Source: a bacterium (lineage in GTDB: Bacteria > Bacillota_I > Bacilli_A > RF39 > UBA660). Taken from it: 44,620 nt of DNA. The notes beneath the pieces are model-generated. The model saw only the letters and a program-made list of their open reading frames with translations. It was not told the DNA's origin and searched no databases. The stretch is taken from positions 1 to 44,620 of the forward strand of contig JAQXHT010000050.1 of the NCBI GenBank assembly GCA_029007415.1. The letters are read 5' to 3'. Position numbers and translations under genes: made by a program. Of the stretch, positions 1 to 8,763 are shown piece after piece (positions within the stretch are counted from its first letter, which is position 1; each line of letters begins with the position of its first letter).

Positions 1-22
1 TTTTTGTGATAAAATCATATTA

Positions 23-91
23 ACAACTTCTTTCGTGATTGTTTTTTTTGCTAATATAATTAAATCACAAATTAAAGAAGTTGTCTTTTTT
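23..91 (+). terminator. Terminator-like long hairpin, probably ending an upstream + strand unit outside the window
   Basis: Perfect 11-bp inverted repeat ACAACTTCTTT (23-33) / AAAGAAGTTGT (74-84), inner pair GTGATT (35-40) / AATCAC (63-68), followed by T6 (86-91). Confidence 0.45.
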
Positions 92-141
92 ATCAAATTA
101 TAAATTAGAAAATATTAACATTTATTTTTGAATGTTCCCTA

Positions 142-375
142 ATGTATAATTATAAATTTGCTAGTGATGTTAAAGGGGCAAATGTAAGAGCTCATGGTCA
201 AGTAATAATAAATAGTGGTAGCATTGAATATAATGAGAAGTTTAAACTTATAGAAGGGTCAGATATCGATACTCATGTTGCTGCTATTAATAATACTAAA
301 ATTCAAAAGTGCAAAGAATCTTTAAATGAATGTTTGGATACAATGATTAAAGAAAAGGTAAAAGTCAAAAAATAA
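142..375 (+). CDS. Hypothetical 77-aa protein (doubtful)
   Basis: Open frame only. No Shine-Dalgarno before the ATG, and the ATG lies inside a TGTATAAT extended -10-like sequence. It may instead be leader RNA for the next gene. Confidence 0.25.
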   Translation: MYNYKFASDVKGANVRAHGQVIINSGSIEYNEKFKLIEGSDIDTHVAAINNTKIQKCKESLNECLDTMIKEKVKVKK

Positions 376-403
376 GTAGTGTATATAAATAGGGGGATAA
401 ACT

Positions 404-1435
404 ATGGATGAATATACTAAATTAAAAAAACTTATTAGGACTAGTTTTGATTATGGCTTGATTTGTGATGAAGTGGATAAGTATTTAAAAAATAATGATC
501 AAAAGTTCTTAGAAAATTATCAAAATAATTCTATGGAATATATTGATTTGGTTAAAGAACCAACAATGACTATTATCTTTATGCTTTTAAATAAATTAGG
601 AACAAAATCATTAATCTCTGAAGAAAAATATCAGAAATACAATGATATGCAAGTTTATATTTTGAGAAATTATACTTTGGCATTGAAACAAATTTCTAGT
701 TATTGCGAAGAGGATGGTATTGAAAATTTTGGACTAGGATTTGTATATTTTACTCACAAGTTTACTGAGCCATCGGTTTTAGAATACTTTGCCAGATATT
801 TTTTAGTTAATTTATTTGTAATTGATAAGAGTGGTTTCTTAGAAAATGTTGTGAAGAGATTTCCACAAAAAGCTAAATTAGATTCTTATGGAATAAAAAA
901 ATGTATGATTGAATATATTGGAATGTATGATAGTGAGTTAGTTAATTATGTAACTGCTAATCAAAAACTATTAGATACTTGTTCTAAGAAAATCAATATA
1001 GATGAAGCATATAACTCTAAAAATTATATTGAAGATACTAAAATTAAATTTATTTATGACTCTAGTGTGGAAATATTTATGGAAGAAGCAAAATTACTAA
1101 AACAATATTCTAAACTTATCAGTCCAGAAATAAAAAAACAAATTAATTCTATGACAAAACAGTTTAATATAGATTTTCAGGCAGAAGAATTGTGTTATTA
1201 CTATCTACTTAAAAGAAATAGTTCTTTTGAACCGTTTGAATTATCGGAGAAAGAAAAGAAAGCAGTGTTTCAAAAATTGTTTAATACCTTTCCAGCTAAT
1301 ATGTATGGTGATAAGAAATTGAACATAGATGAAAATGATTTTAGTTATCGAAAATGTTTGAATATTCTTGATAATATGTTTACGAGTGACAAAAAAGATA
1401 GTGAAAAAACGAAGGTGAAAAAACCTACTGAGTAG
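404..1435 (+). CDS. Hypothetical protein, 343 aa, no recognisable domain
   Basis: Long ORF with a GGGGG RBS about 8 nt before the ATG. Weak hairpin plus T6 follows the TAG stop. Confidence 0.6.
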   Translation: MDEYTKLKKLIRTSFDYGLICDEVDKYLKNNDQKFLENYQNNSMEYIDLVKEPTMTIIFMLLNKLGTKSLISEEKYQKYNDMQVYILRNYTLALKQISSYCEEDGIENFGLGFVYFTHKFTEPSVLEYFARYFLVNLFVIDKSGFLENVVKRFPQKAKLDSYGIKKCMIEYIGMYDSELVNYVTANQKLLDTCSKKINIDEAYNSKNYIEDTKIKFIYDSSVEIFMEEAKLLKQYSKLISPEIKKQINSMTKQFNIDFQAEELCYYYLLKRNSSFEPFELSEKEKKAVFQKLFNTFPANMYGDKKLNIDENDFSYRKCLNILDNMFTSDKKDSEKTKVKKPTE

Positions 1436-1497
1436 TGATAAAGAAGCGATATTTATTGCTTAGTTTTTTGTTGTATAAAATTTATTCGAAAAAAAGT

Positions 1498-1526
1498 TTG
1501 ACAAAATAATCATTGTGTAGTATAAT
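1498..1526 (+). promoter_or_regulatory. Sigma-A type consensus promoter
   Basis: TTGACA (1498-1503), 17-nt spacer, TATAAT (1521-1526), 45 nt upstream of the ORF starting at 1572. Confidence 0.6.
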
Positions 1527-1571
1527 ATTAGCAACTTCGGAGATAGGGGTTAATAAAAGGGGGTAACGGCT

Positions 1572-1994
1572 ATGGAGAAGTCATACATATTTGAATATTT
1601 GGATGAGAACAATTTCAAGAAAAGAGAACGTTCCGTTAGAAAATATAATATGCTAGCTTATAAAAAATTAACATTTGAATATTATCCAACTATTCGTGCA
1701 GGAAAATTCTTAGGAAAATTAGTAGGAGAAGATAAAAATAATAACACAGAAAGTTATGAATTAAAATTACCTACTGATGAATCTTTCGCTAAGGTACATG
1801 GTGAAATTATTGTTCACTATACAGTATATCTTGATAAGAAAGTTGTATTGTTAACAAATATAACACCAGAAGGTATCTTAGATGAAGGACATAGAGCAGA
1901 ACTTTCTACATATAAAGGTGTAATGATATCTAAGACAGATCCAGAAAGAGATATGTTTAAGATTAATCTACTTAATATGATGAATAAAAGATAG
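1572..1994 (+). CDS. Hypothetical 140-aa protein (faint RelE/ParE-like beta-strand pattern, not asserted)
   Basis: ORF with RBS AAAGGGGG upstream. First gene behind the consensus promoter. Confidence 0.6.
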   Translation: MEKSYIFEYLDENNFKKRERSVRKYNMLAYKKLTFEYYPTIRAGKFLGKLVGEDKNNNTESYELKLPTDESFAKVHGEIIVHYTVYLDKKVVLLTNITPEGILDEGHRAELSTYKGVMISKTDPERDMFKINLLNMMNKR

Positions 1995-2018
1995 TTTAGA
2001 AATATGGGGGAAATAAAA

Positions 2019-2858
2019 ATGGAAAATTTAGATGTAAGAAGAAATAATTATATGAAAGTTGGTAAGTATGCAATTTATAAAGCAGGAACAATGCCAGTAA
2101 ATAATGTTAGAATGATTGATACTACTAAAGAATTTGGATGCATGAATACTGCAGAAAGATTTTATGAAGAAGGACTTACTAAAGAAGAGAGAAAAGCTTT
2201 ATTTTTAGAGCATCGTATGCTAGTAAATTTATCACATGATGGTGAGTTTGATCCTTATAAATTTTATATGCCATCACAAACAAAAGATGGTTCAGCCACT
2301 GTTTTAACACAAGAAATGGTTGATGCTTATCAAGATGGTTGGGATTTAGATATCAAATCAGATATTTTAATTGTAACAGATAAAACACCAGGTGTTGTGG
2401 CAGGATATCCTGTTGCTGATTGTCCTGTTTTAATAGCAAGTGACTTGAAAAATGGTGTAACAGCAACTGCTCATTGTGGAGCTGAAATGATTGATAGATA
2501 TTTACCACAAATGACTGTAGAAGCACTTCAAAGTAAATATGATAGTAAATTAGATGATATTTATATCTACGTAGGTAGTCATGCTGGTGATAGTTGGACT
2601 TATGATTGTATGCCACCTTTCGCTAAAGAAAGTTTTTGGGAGGAAACTGGTGCTATAAAACAGAATAAAGATGGAAATTACAAGATTGATTTAAGAAAAG
2701 CATTATTGTATCAATTAAATCCTGAAAAATTCGAGTCATACATTGTAAATAATGATGACACTATAACAAATAGTAATTATTATTCAAATAGTGCAGCTAG
2801 AAATAATAAGTCTAAAGCTGGTAGACAATTTACTGGAGCTTATTATAAGAAAAGATAA
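2019..2858 (+). CDS. Divergent DUF152 / YfiH(PgeF)-LACC1-like 'laccase domain' protein
   Basis: VADCPVL and ATAHCGAEM resemble the family motifs TADCxPV and HAGWRG. C-terminal YYSNSAAR...GRQFTG resembles FFSYRR...GR. The ATG at 2019 has a GGGGGA RBS; the listed ORF starts at 2004. Confidence 0.5.
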   Translation: MENLDVRRNNYMKVGKYAIYKAGTMPVNNVRMIDTTKEFGCMNTAERFYEEGLTKEERKALFLEHRMLVNLSHDGEFDPYKFYMPSQTKDGSATVLTQEMVDAYQDGWDLDIKSDILIVTDKTPGVVAGYPVADCPVLIASDLKNGVTATAHCGAEMIDRYLPQMTVEALQSKYDSKLDDIYIYVGSHAGDSWTYDCMPPFAKESFWEETGAIKQNKDGNYKIDLRKALLYQLNPEKFESYIVNNDDTITNSNYYSNSAARNNKSKAGRQFTGAYYKKR

Positions 2859-2887
2859 TTGTTTGCATTAGATTGTAGGTAAATCAA

Positions 2888-3823
2888 ATGCTTAAAACAG
2901 AAAAAGTAATTGAAATAAAAGATTTAAAAATCTATAATCCTAGGGTAAAAGAAAATATTAAATTAACTACTTTAGGTGATTTGCATATTAGTCCCTTAGT
3001 TAGTGAACGAAAGTTAGCACCAGTTATTAATTAGATAGAAAAAGAAGAAGCTGATTATAATATTTTCTTGGGAGACTTAATTGATAGTCCAAAAGATTTA
3101 GATAATGATGATAGTAGAAGATTGTTAACTAATACAATTAAAAAATCAGCTGCTATAGCACCAACTATAGTTATACTTGGAAGTCATGACTTCGTTCTTG
3201 AAAGTAAAAGTGGTAATGCTGTTGTTGCTAATGGTGAGTTTTGGCAAGAACTAGATGATATGAAAAATGTTCATATTTTATTAGATAGAACTTATCAAGA
3301 TGAAAAAATGTTTTTCATGGGATATGTTCAAACTCTTAAATACTATTACAATAATATTGAGAAAACACATATTGAAGATTTAGAAGCTTTCTATGAAGAT
3401 ATGGTCACAAAAGAAAACCTATATAAAAATCTTCCTAAAGATGTTCCAACAGTTGGTTTAATTCACTCACCAGAATTTGCTAAAGATGAAAAAAACGTTG
3501 AATTGATGAAAGAATATAACTTATTGATTGGTGGTCATGATCATGATGGTTGTGTACCGTTTGGACTTTTCAATACAAAAAGAGGATTAATTAGTCCTAA
3601 GAAGGAGTTATTTCCAAAAGATGTTCGTGGTGTTAGAACTCTTAGTAGTGGAACTGATTTGCTAATCAGTGGTGGTATCGTAAAAATGGGTAATAGTTGT
3701 CCAAAGATAATGCAACCATTGAATTACTTATGTCCGATACAAATGGAAACAGTAGAACTTACTAATGATGAAATTTATAAAGATAATATCAGTGTAAGTA
3801 AAAGATTAGTACGTACTAAATAA
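2888..3823 (+). pseudogene. Calcineurin-like metallophosphoesterase interrupted by an in-frame TAG (3032-3034)
   Basis: ATG at 2888 opens a 48-codon frame carrying motif I (LGDLH). It stops at TAG 3032-3034. The same frame continues into the listed ORF 3068-3823 with GDLID, GSHDF and GGHDHDG motifs. Confidence 0.6.
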
Positions 3824-3837
3824 AAAAATAAAGGCGA

Positions 3838-4743
3838 TCAGAAAATGACCGTCTTTAATATTCTTTCTGTATTTTTGAAATTGTATTTAGCAATTTCTTT
3901 TAATTTTTCTTCTCCATATTTTGCTACTACTTCTTCACCAATTTTATCAACTTCTTTTGAAGCACCTTTTGGTAGGGGAAGATGAACACTATCGGCTAGT
4001 TTATCAAACTCTTTTAAAAATATATATCTACTGATAATAGAGGAAACTGCAACTGCTAAGTTTTTATCTTCGGCTTTTGTCATAAAAGTAATACCACGTT
4101 GAATCTCTTTGGCATCACTGATATATTCATAATATCTTTTTTCTCTTGCAAATTCATCAACAATAATATAGTCAACTTCAGGATTAACTTCATGCATTAA
4201 TTGATATAAAACCTTATTATGCATGATAGCTTTAATTTTATTCATATTGAAATCTTTAGTATAATTTTTATTATAATCAACGTTATTCAAAATAATGCTG
4301 CGATAAGTTAATCTTTTGGCAAGCGTAGGAGCAGTCTTTAAAATAAATTCATCTGTTAATTTTTTACTATCCCTGATACCTAAATCTTCTAAAAATTTAA
4401 CATCTTCTTTTCTAACATAAGTAGCAGTTACTACTATCGGTCCGAAATAATCACCTGTTCCAACTTCGTCACTACCAACTGAGGAACAATTGTGGTATTT
4501 ACTATCATCAATTTTTTCCTTAGCAGTTGTTTCTACACCATCCATTTCTTTCCACATAGCAGCATCAACATCAGCACTTTTTCCTTGAAACATAACTTTT
4601 CCTGACTCGTACATCGTAATAGTGGTATCCATATCAACAGCTTGAAATACAACATAGGGTATCTTTTTATCTTTAACTTTATCTTTATAATATTCAATCA
4701 TTTTTGCTTTAGTTTCATCACTAACTTTAATTACTTCGTTCAC
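3838..4743 (-). CDS. rnhC: Ribonuclease HIII
   Basis: N-terminal RNase HIII-type domain followed by GSDEVGTGDYFGP. The listed ORF starts at a TTG (4782). The GTG at 4743 preceded by GAGGTG is the more plausible start. Confidence 0.88.
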   Translation of the reverse strand: MNEVIKVSDETKAKMIEYYKDKVKDKKIPYVVFQAVDMDTTITMYESGKVMFQGKSADVDAAMWKEMDGVETTAKEKIDDSKYHNCSSVGSDEVGTGDYFGPIVVTATYVRKEDVKFLEDLGIRDSKKLTDEFILKTAPTLAKRLTYRSIILNNVDYNKNYTKDFNMNKIKAIMHNKVLYQLMHEVNPEVDYIIVDEFAREKRYYEYISDAKEIQRGITFMTKAEDKNLAVAVSSIISRYIFLKEFDKLADSVHLPLPKGASKEVDKIGEEVVAKYGEEKLKEIAKYNFKNTERILKTVIF

Positions 4744-4819
4744 ATCTTTCACCTCTTTCAATTTAGTATAGCATATTTTCAAAAATATCGTTATAATAAA
4801 ATTGGAAAGGATTGTTGTT

Positions 4820-5518
4820 ATGAATAATATTAGTGTAGCGATTATTTTAATAATTGTAAGTTTTGGTATTTTAGGTCTTAAACGAGGAGCTTTGAAAGAA
4901 GCAGTAATTGTTTTCGGAAATATCTTGGTAATAGCTATTGCCTATTTCTTTAAAGATATGTTAGCAAGTTATTTGATGAATGCCTTGCCAGCTTATAAAA
5001 TCAATTCAGTCTTAGGACCCCTTAGTTCTTTAACTATTATCTTCTATAAACTAATTGCTTTTTTAGCATTAATGATAGTATTTCATTTCTTATTAAGAAT
5101 AATCATCAACTTATCTGGTTTACTAGGAAAAATTATGGATGCTACAGTAATTTTACTGCTACCGAATAGAATAATTGGTTTTATTTTAGGAATACTTGAA
5201 GGTTATGTCTTGATGTTTATCGTTTTAAATGTTTTAATGATACCGCTAAGTAGTAATACCACTTTTATGGATTCAGGAGTTAGAAAATATATTGTTGAAG
5301 AAACACCTATTTTGAAAGACAGCTTTGGTGGACTTAATACTAGCTTAGAAGAAGTAATGAAACTAAATAAAAATGATAATGAAAATAGTTTGAATTTAAA
5401 AGTAATTGACATACTATTAAAGAATAAAATTATTACAAAAGATGAAGTTGAAGAGTTGATTACTAATGGTAAAATAATTAATGTAGATGGAATTGATACA
5501 GTAATTAATAAATATTAG
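4820..5518 (+). CDS. cvpA: CvpA family membrane protein
   Basis: Multi-pass hydrophobic protein in the usual position next to rnhC. ATG at 4820 has a GGAAAGGA RBS. Confidence 0.7.
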   Translation: MNNISVAIILIIVSFGILGLKRGALKEAVIVFGNILVIAIAYFFKDMLASYLMNALPAYKINSVLGPLSSLTIIFYKLIAFLALMIVFHFLLRIIINLSGLLGKIMDATVILLLPNRIIGFILGILEGYVLMFIVLNVLMIPLSSNTTFMDSGVRKYIVEETPILKDSFGGLNTSLEEVMKLNKNDNENSLNLKVIDILLKNKIITKDEVEELITNGKIINVDGIDTVINKY

Positions 5519-5533
5519 AAAGGATTTGATAAA

Positions 5534-5836
5534 ATGATATATTTAGAAGATGAAAGTAAATTTGAATCACTTATTTCTAAAGGAGATGTTTTAGTAGATT
5601 TTTATGCTACTTGGTGTGGACCTTGTAAGATGGTAGGCGAGGTGTTAGAAGAATTAGATGAACACTTTGAAAATGTGAAAATCGTTAAGATTGATGTTGA
5701 TGAGTTTGAAGATATTGCTAAAAGTCATGGCATAATGAGTATTCCTACTTTAGAAGTGTATCGTGATGGCAAACTAATAAAAAAAGAAGTAGGGTATCGT
5801 GATTATGATACGATTGCTTCTTGGTTCATTAAATAA
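5534..5836 (+). CDS. trxA: Thioredoxin
   Basis: 100 aa with the WCGPCK active site. Confidence 0.9.
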   Translation: MIYLEDESKFESLISKGDVLVDFYATWCGPCKMVGEVLEELDEHFENVKIVKIDVDEFEDIAKSHGIMSIPTLEVYRDGKLIKKEVGYRDYDTIASWFIK

Positions 5837-6421
5837 TTATTTCTTTACGATTAACTGTTTAACTTTAGCAGTAATAGTTAAATCTTGAAGAGTTTGTATT
5901 TCTTTAAGAAAAGTATCATCTACTTCTACTTGATAAATACACTTTTCTTGATAACTTTTAGCTATAATATTCTTATCCCTAAAAAGATAGGAATATTTTT
6001 TTTCATTATTATAACTGAATTCACAAGTGATTAAGTAGCCATTTATTACTTCTTCAAGGACAGTCTTAGCAATAGCTGCAGTAAGTCCACCTGTATAAGC
6101 TTTTAAAAGGCCACCAGTACCTAGCTTTATGCCACCAAAATAACGAACAGATATTACTAAAACATTAACAATATTAAGAGAGGTTAGGGTAAAAAGCATT
6201 GGACGACCAGCTGTATTTTTGGGCTCTCTATCATCACTATAACCGCTAGTATTTAAAAGATTAAAAGCATAGCAGTAATGAGTAGCTCCTTTATAATCTT
6301 CTTTTACTTTTTTAAGATAGAAATTAACTTCTTCATTACTATTAACTTTATATAAAAGAGTGATAAATTTTGAATGTTTTATCTCTTCTTGATAAATGAC
6401 ATTTTCCTTAATTGTTTGCAT
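5837..6421 (-). CDS. yigZ: YigZ / IMPACT family protein
   Basis: EIKHSKFIT...GATHYCYAF pattern typical of the UPF0029/IMPACT N-terminal domain. Confidence 0.8.
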   Translation of the reverse strand: MQTIKENVIYQEEIKHSKFITLLYKVNSNEEVNFYLKKVKEDYKGATHYCYAFNLLNTSGYSDDREPKNTAGRPMLFTLTSLNIVNVLVISVRYFGGIKLGTGGLLKAYTGGLTAAIAKTVLEEVINGYLITCEFSYNNEKKYSYLFRDKNIIAKSYQEKCIYQVEVDDTFLKEIQTLQDLTITAKVKQLIVKK

Positions 6422-6503
6422 TTACTTCACCATCTATATTTTATTAAATTTCTTTTTAAATGTAAAGATAAGTGGTATACTAGGAAATAGAAACGAAGGT
6501 GAT

Positions 6504-7652
6504 ATGATGTTCCGTGAAAAAATTGATAAAAACGAACTTAATAAATTTATAAAGACTTCTAATAAAGTTTTACAACTAATTTATCTTTTAGTCTTTGTTT
6601 TAGTAGTTCTTTTAGTTACCTATGTTATTAAAGAATGGAAAGTACTAGATTTTATTTTTAATATAATAAAAGTAATTTCTCCTGTTTTTATTGGTCTTGT
6701 TGTTGCTTGGCTTTTAGATCCATTAGTTACTAAAATGGAGAAAAAGATGAATAGAGTAGTTGCGTGTATTTTAACCTATCTTATTCTAATTATTATGTGC
6801 GTTTTACTTTGCTACTTTGTAATACCATCTTTTGCGACGGGGGTAACTGATCTTGTTAATGCTTTACCTAGTTTGATTGATAAAGTTAAAACGGCCGTTG
6901 ATGGTTTCTTTGCTGCTAGTCATAATTCCTTAATAGCTGGCTATGAAGCGGATATTATTACAAAAATTGAAACAATTGGTAAAAATGCAACGGAGACTTT
7001 ACCAACTTTATTAATTAAAACTATCAGTAAAGTAATAAGTGGCGGAACAACTATTCTCCTAGGCTTTATGATTGGTTTTTATATCTTATTTGATTTTAAA
7101 AAGGTAGAAAAACATACTTTATCATTTATACCAGATACTTATCACGATAATGCTAAAGACCTAATGCGCCGAATTAATGGTAAGTTAAGAAATTATGTTC
7201 AAGGTGTTTTAATCGTTATGTTTTTTGTTTTCCTAACCCAAGCGATAGGTCTTACCTTAACCGGTATAAAAGCTCCATTACTATTTGCTTTGTTTTGTGC
7301 TGTTACAGATGTTATACCTTATATTGGTCCATGGATTGGCGCTCTACCAGCTATTTTAGTTGGTTTTTCAATGAATCCACGAGTTGGTATTTTAACAATC
7401 ATCTCTATAATGGTCTGTCAGACTTTAGAAAATAACTTCTATCAGCCTTTAATTATGGGAAAAACGATGAAATTACACCCCGTTACCATTATGCTCGGAC
7501 TATTGATTTTTAATCACTTCTTTGGTATGATAGGGATGATAGTGGCGACGCCAGTTATTGCTATTTTGAAGATAATTTTGGAATTTGTTGATGAGAAAAC
7601 TGGCCTTGGTGAGAAGTTCCATTCTCTAAATAAAAAAGAAGTGATAGACTAA
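6504..7652 (+). CDS. AI-2E family transporter (PerM-like permease)
   Basis: Polytopic membrane protein with the DVIPYIGPWIG and ATPV segments typical of UPF0118. ATG at 6504 follows a GAAGGTG RBS. The listed start 6396 overlaps yigZ. Confidence 0.8.
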   Translation: MMFREKIDKNELNKFIKTSNKVLQLIYLLVFVLVVLLVTYVIKEWKVLDFIFNIIKVISPVFIGLVVAWLLDPLVTKMEKKMNRVVACILTYLILIIMCVLLCYFVIPSFATGVTDLVNALPSLIDKVKTAVDGFFAASHNSLIAGYEADIITKIETIGKNATETLPTLLIKTISKVISGGTTILLGFMIGFYILFDFKKVEKHTLSFIPDTYHDNAKDLMRRINGKLRNYVQGVLIVMFFVFLTQAIGLTLTGIKAPLLFALFCAVTDVIPYIGPWIGALPAILVGFSMNPRVGILTIISIMVCQTLENNFYQPLIMGKTMKLHPVTIMLGLLIFNHFFGMIGMIVATPVIAILKIILEFVDEKTGLGEKFHSLNKKEVID

Positions 7653-7663
7653 GTTGAGGTGAC

Positions 7664-8197
7664 ATGATGAAGCTTTATTTAATATGTGGAAAAGCAAGAA
7701 GTGGGAAAGATACTTTTGGAAGAATTCTAAAAAAAGAAGAAGAAAAAAATAATAAAAAAGTTTGTATTTTGAAACTAACTTCTCCTTTATATAGATGGTT
7801 AGAAGACTACTTTGATTATGATAGTACGAAAGATGAAAAGCCAAGAGAATTGTTACAAACGATAGGCTTTGACTTACTTCAGACAAAGCTTAAAAAGAAA
7901 GATTTTCTTTTAGATTATTTGATTACTACTATTGAAATACTTGATAATTTTTATGATGTAGGAATTATTACTGATGGACGTTTAGTTCACGAAATAGAAG
8001 TGTTGAAAGCTAAATATCCTTTAATTAAAACTATTCTATTAACTAATGAAAAAGATAATTTATTGACAGAAAAAGAAAAGAAACATAAGACAGAAATAGA
8101 TTTAGATAATTATAAAGAATTTGATTATATTGTAGAAAATAAAGGTCTAGATAGTCTTTTGTTAAAAGCAGAAGAGATAGTAGGAGGAAGAATATGA
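7664..8197 (+). CDS. P-loop protein resembling phage-type deoxynucleoside monophosphate kinases
   Basis: Walker A GKARSGKDT. The LLQTIG and ITDGRLVHE segments resemble the dNMP kinase family pattern (LQxlG, DvRfxnE). Confidence 0.5.
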   Translation: MMKLYLICGKARSGKDTFGRILKKEEEKNNKKVCILKLTSPLYRWLEDYFDYDSTKDEKPRELLQTIGFDLLQTKLKKKDFLLDYLITTIEILDNFYDVGIITDGRLVHEIEVLKAKYPLIKTILLTNEKDNLLTEKEKKHKTEIDLDNYKEFDYIVENKGLDSLLLKAEEIVGGRI

Positions 8198-8763
8198 ATA
8201 AAATAGTAGCAATTGTTGGAATGGCTGGAAGTGGAAAGAGCATTGCCTCTTCTTATTTTGAAGAGAATGGTTATAATTTAGTCTATTTTGGTGGCGTTAT
8301 TTACGAAAAAATGAAAGAAGAAAATATCGAAATAACGCCGGAAAGTCAAAAAGAATATAGAGAAAAAATCAGAAAAGAGCATGGTATGGGAGTAGTTGCT
8401 AAACTATTACTTCCAAAAATTAAAGAACTTTATCAAGAAGGAAATGTCATTTTAGATGGTTTGTATTCTTGGGATGAATATAAGATATTAAGGGAAGAAT
8501 TTAAAGATTTAGTAGTAATTGCTATTGTCTGTGATAAAAAATTAAGGTATGATAGAATATCGAAGCGAAAGGAACGAGCATTTAATGAAAAGGAAATTGT
8601 TGCTCGTGATGTAGCAGAGATAGAAAATTCTGCTAAAGGTGGACCTATCGCTTATGCTGACTATTACATTTTAAATAATAGTGGTATGGAACAATATTTA
8701 AAAGACTTAACAAGAATTAAGAGTTTAATAGAAGGAGTAGATGAAAATGAGGAAGATGACTAG
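8194..8763 (+). CDS. P-loop nucleotide kinase-like protein (UPF0200 / dephospho-CoA-kinase-like AAA ATPase)
   Basis: Walker A GMAGSGKS. ATGA overlap with the preceding gene, and its 3' end overlaps the alaS start. Confidence 0.5.
   Translation: MNKIVAIVGMAGSGKSIASSYFEENGYNLVYFGGVIYEKMKEENIEITPESQKEYREKIRKEHGMGVVAKLLLPKIKELYQEGNVILDGLYSWDEYKILREEFKDLVVIAIVCDKKLRYDRISKRKERAFNEKEIVARDVAEIENSAKGGPIAYADYYILNNSGMEQYLKDLTRIKSLIEGVDENEEDD

Noticed and set aside
2353-2616. 87-aa - strand ORF inside the DUF152-like gene. The same type occurs at 4642-4827, 5203-5412, 7626-7886, 8043-8243, 8725-8940, 10528-10716, 11026-11232, 15282-15569, 19743-19931, 19823-20131, 22207-22389, 25563-25784, 30073-30261, 33888-34070, 34410-34622, 35550-35807, 36037-36222, 39756-39938 and 42500-42709.
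   Set aside because: All lie antisense to, or out of frame within, or largely overlapping well-supported genes. They have low-complexity I/L/F/K/Y/N-rich translations typical of shadow frames in AT-rich DNA. None shows a convincing RBS.
3032-3034. In-frame TAG as programmed recoding (pyrrolysine or a suppressor).
   Set aside because: TAG clearly terminates neighbouring genes. No pyl genes or suppressor tRNA are visible in the window, and the lone tRNA reads CUC, not CUA. A nonsense mutation or a sequencing error is simpler.
8600-8760. Looked for a T-box leader or other riboswitch upstream of alaS, and similarly upstream of prs, pncA, deoB and pyk.
   Set aside because: alaS overlaps the preceding coding sequence, so there is no leader. 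The other upstream regions are short or lack the conserved T-box or riboswitch core sequences I can recognise by eye.
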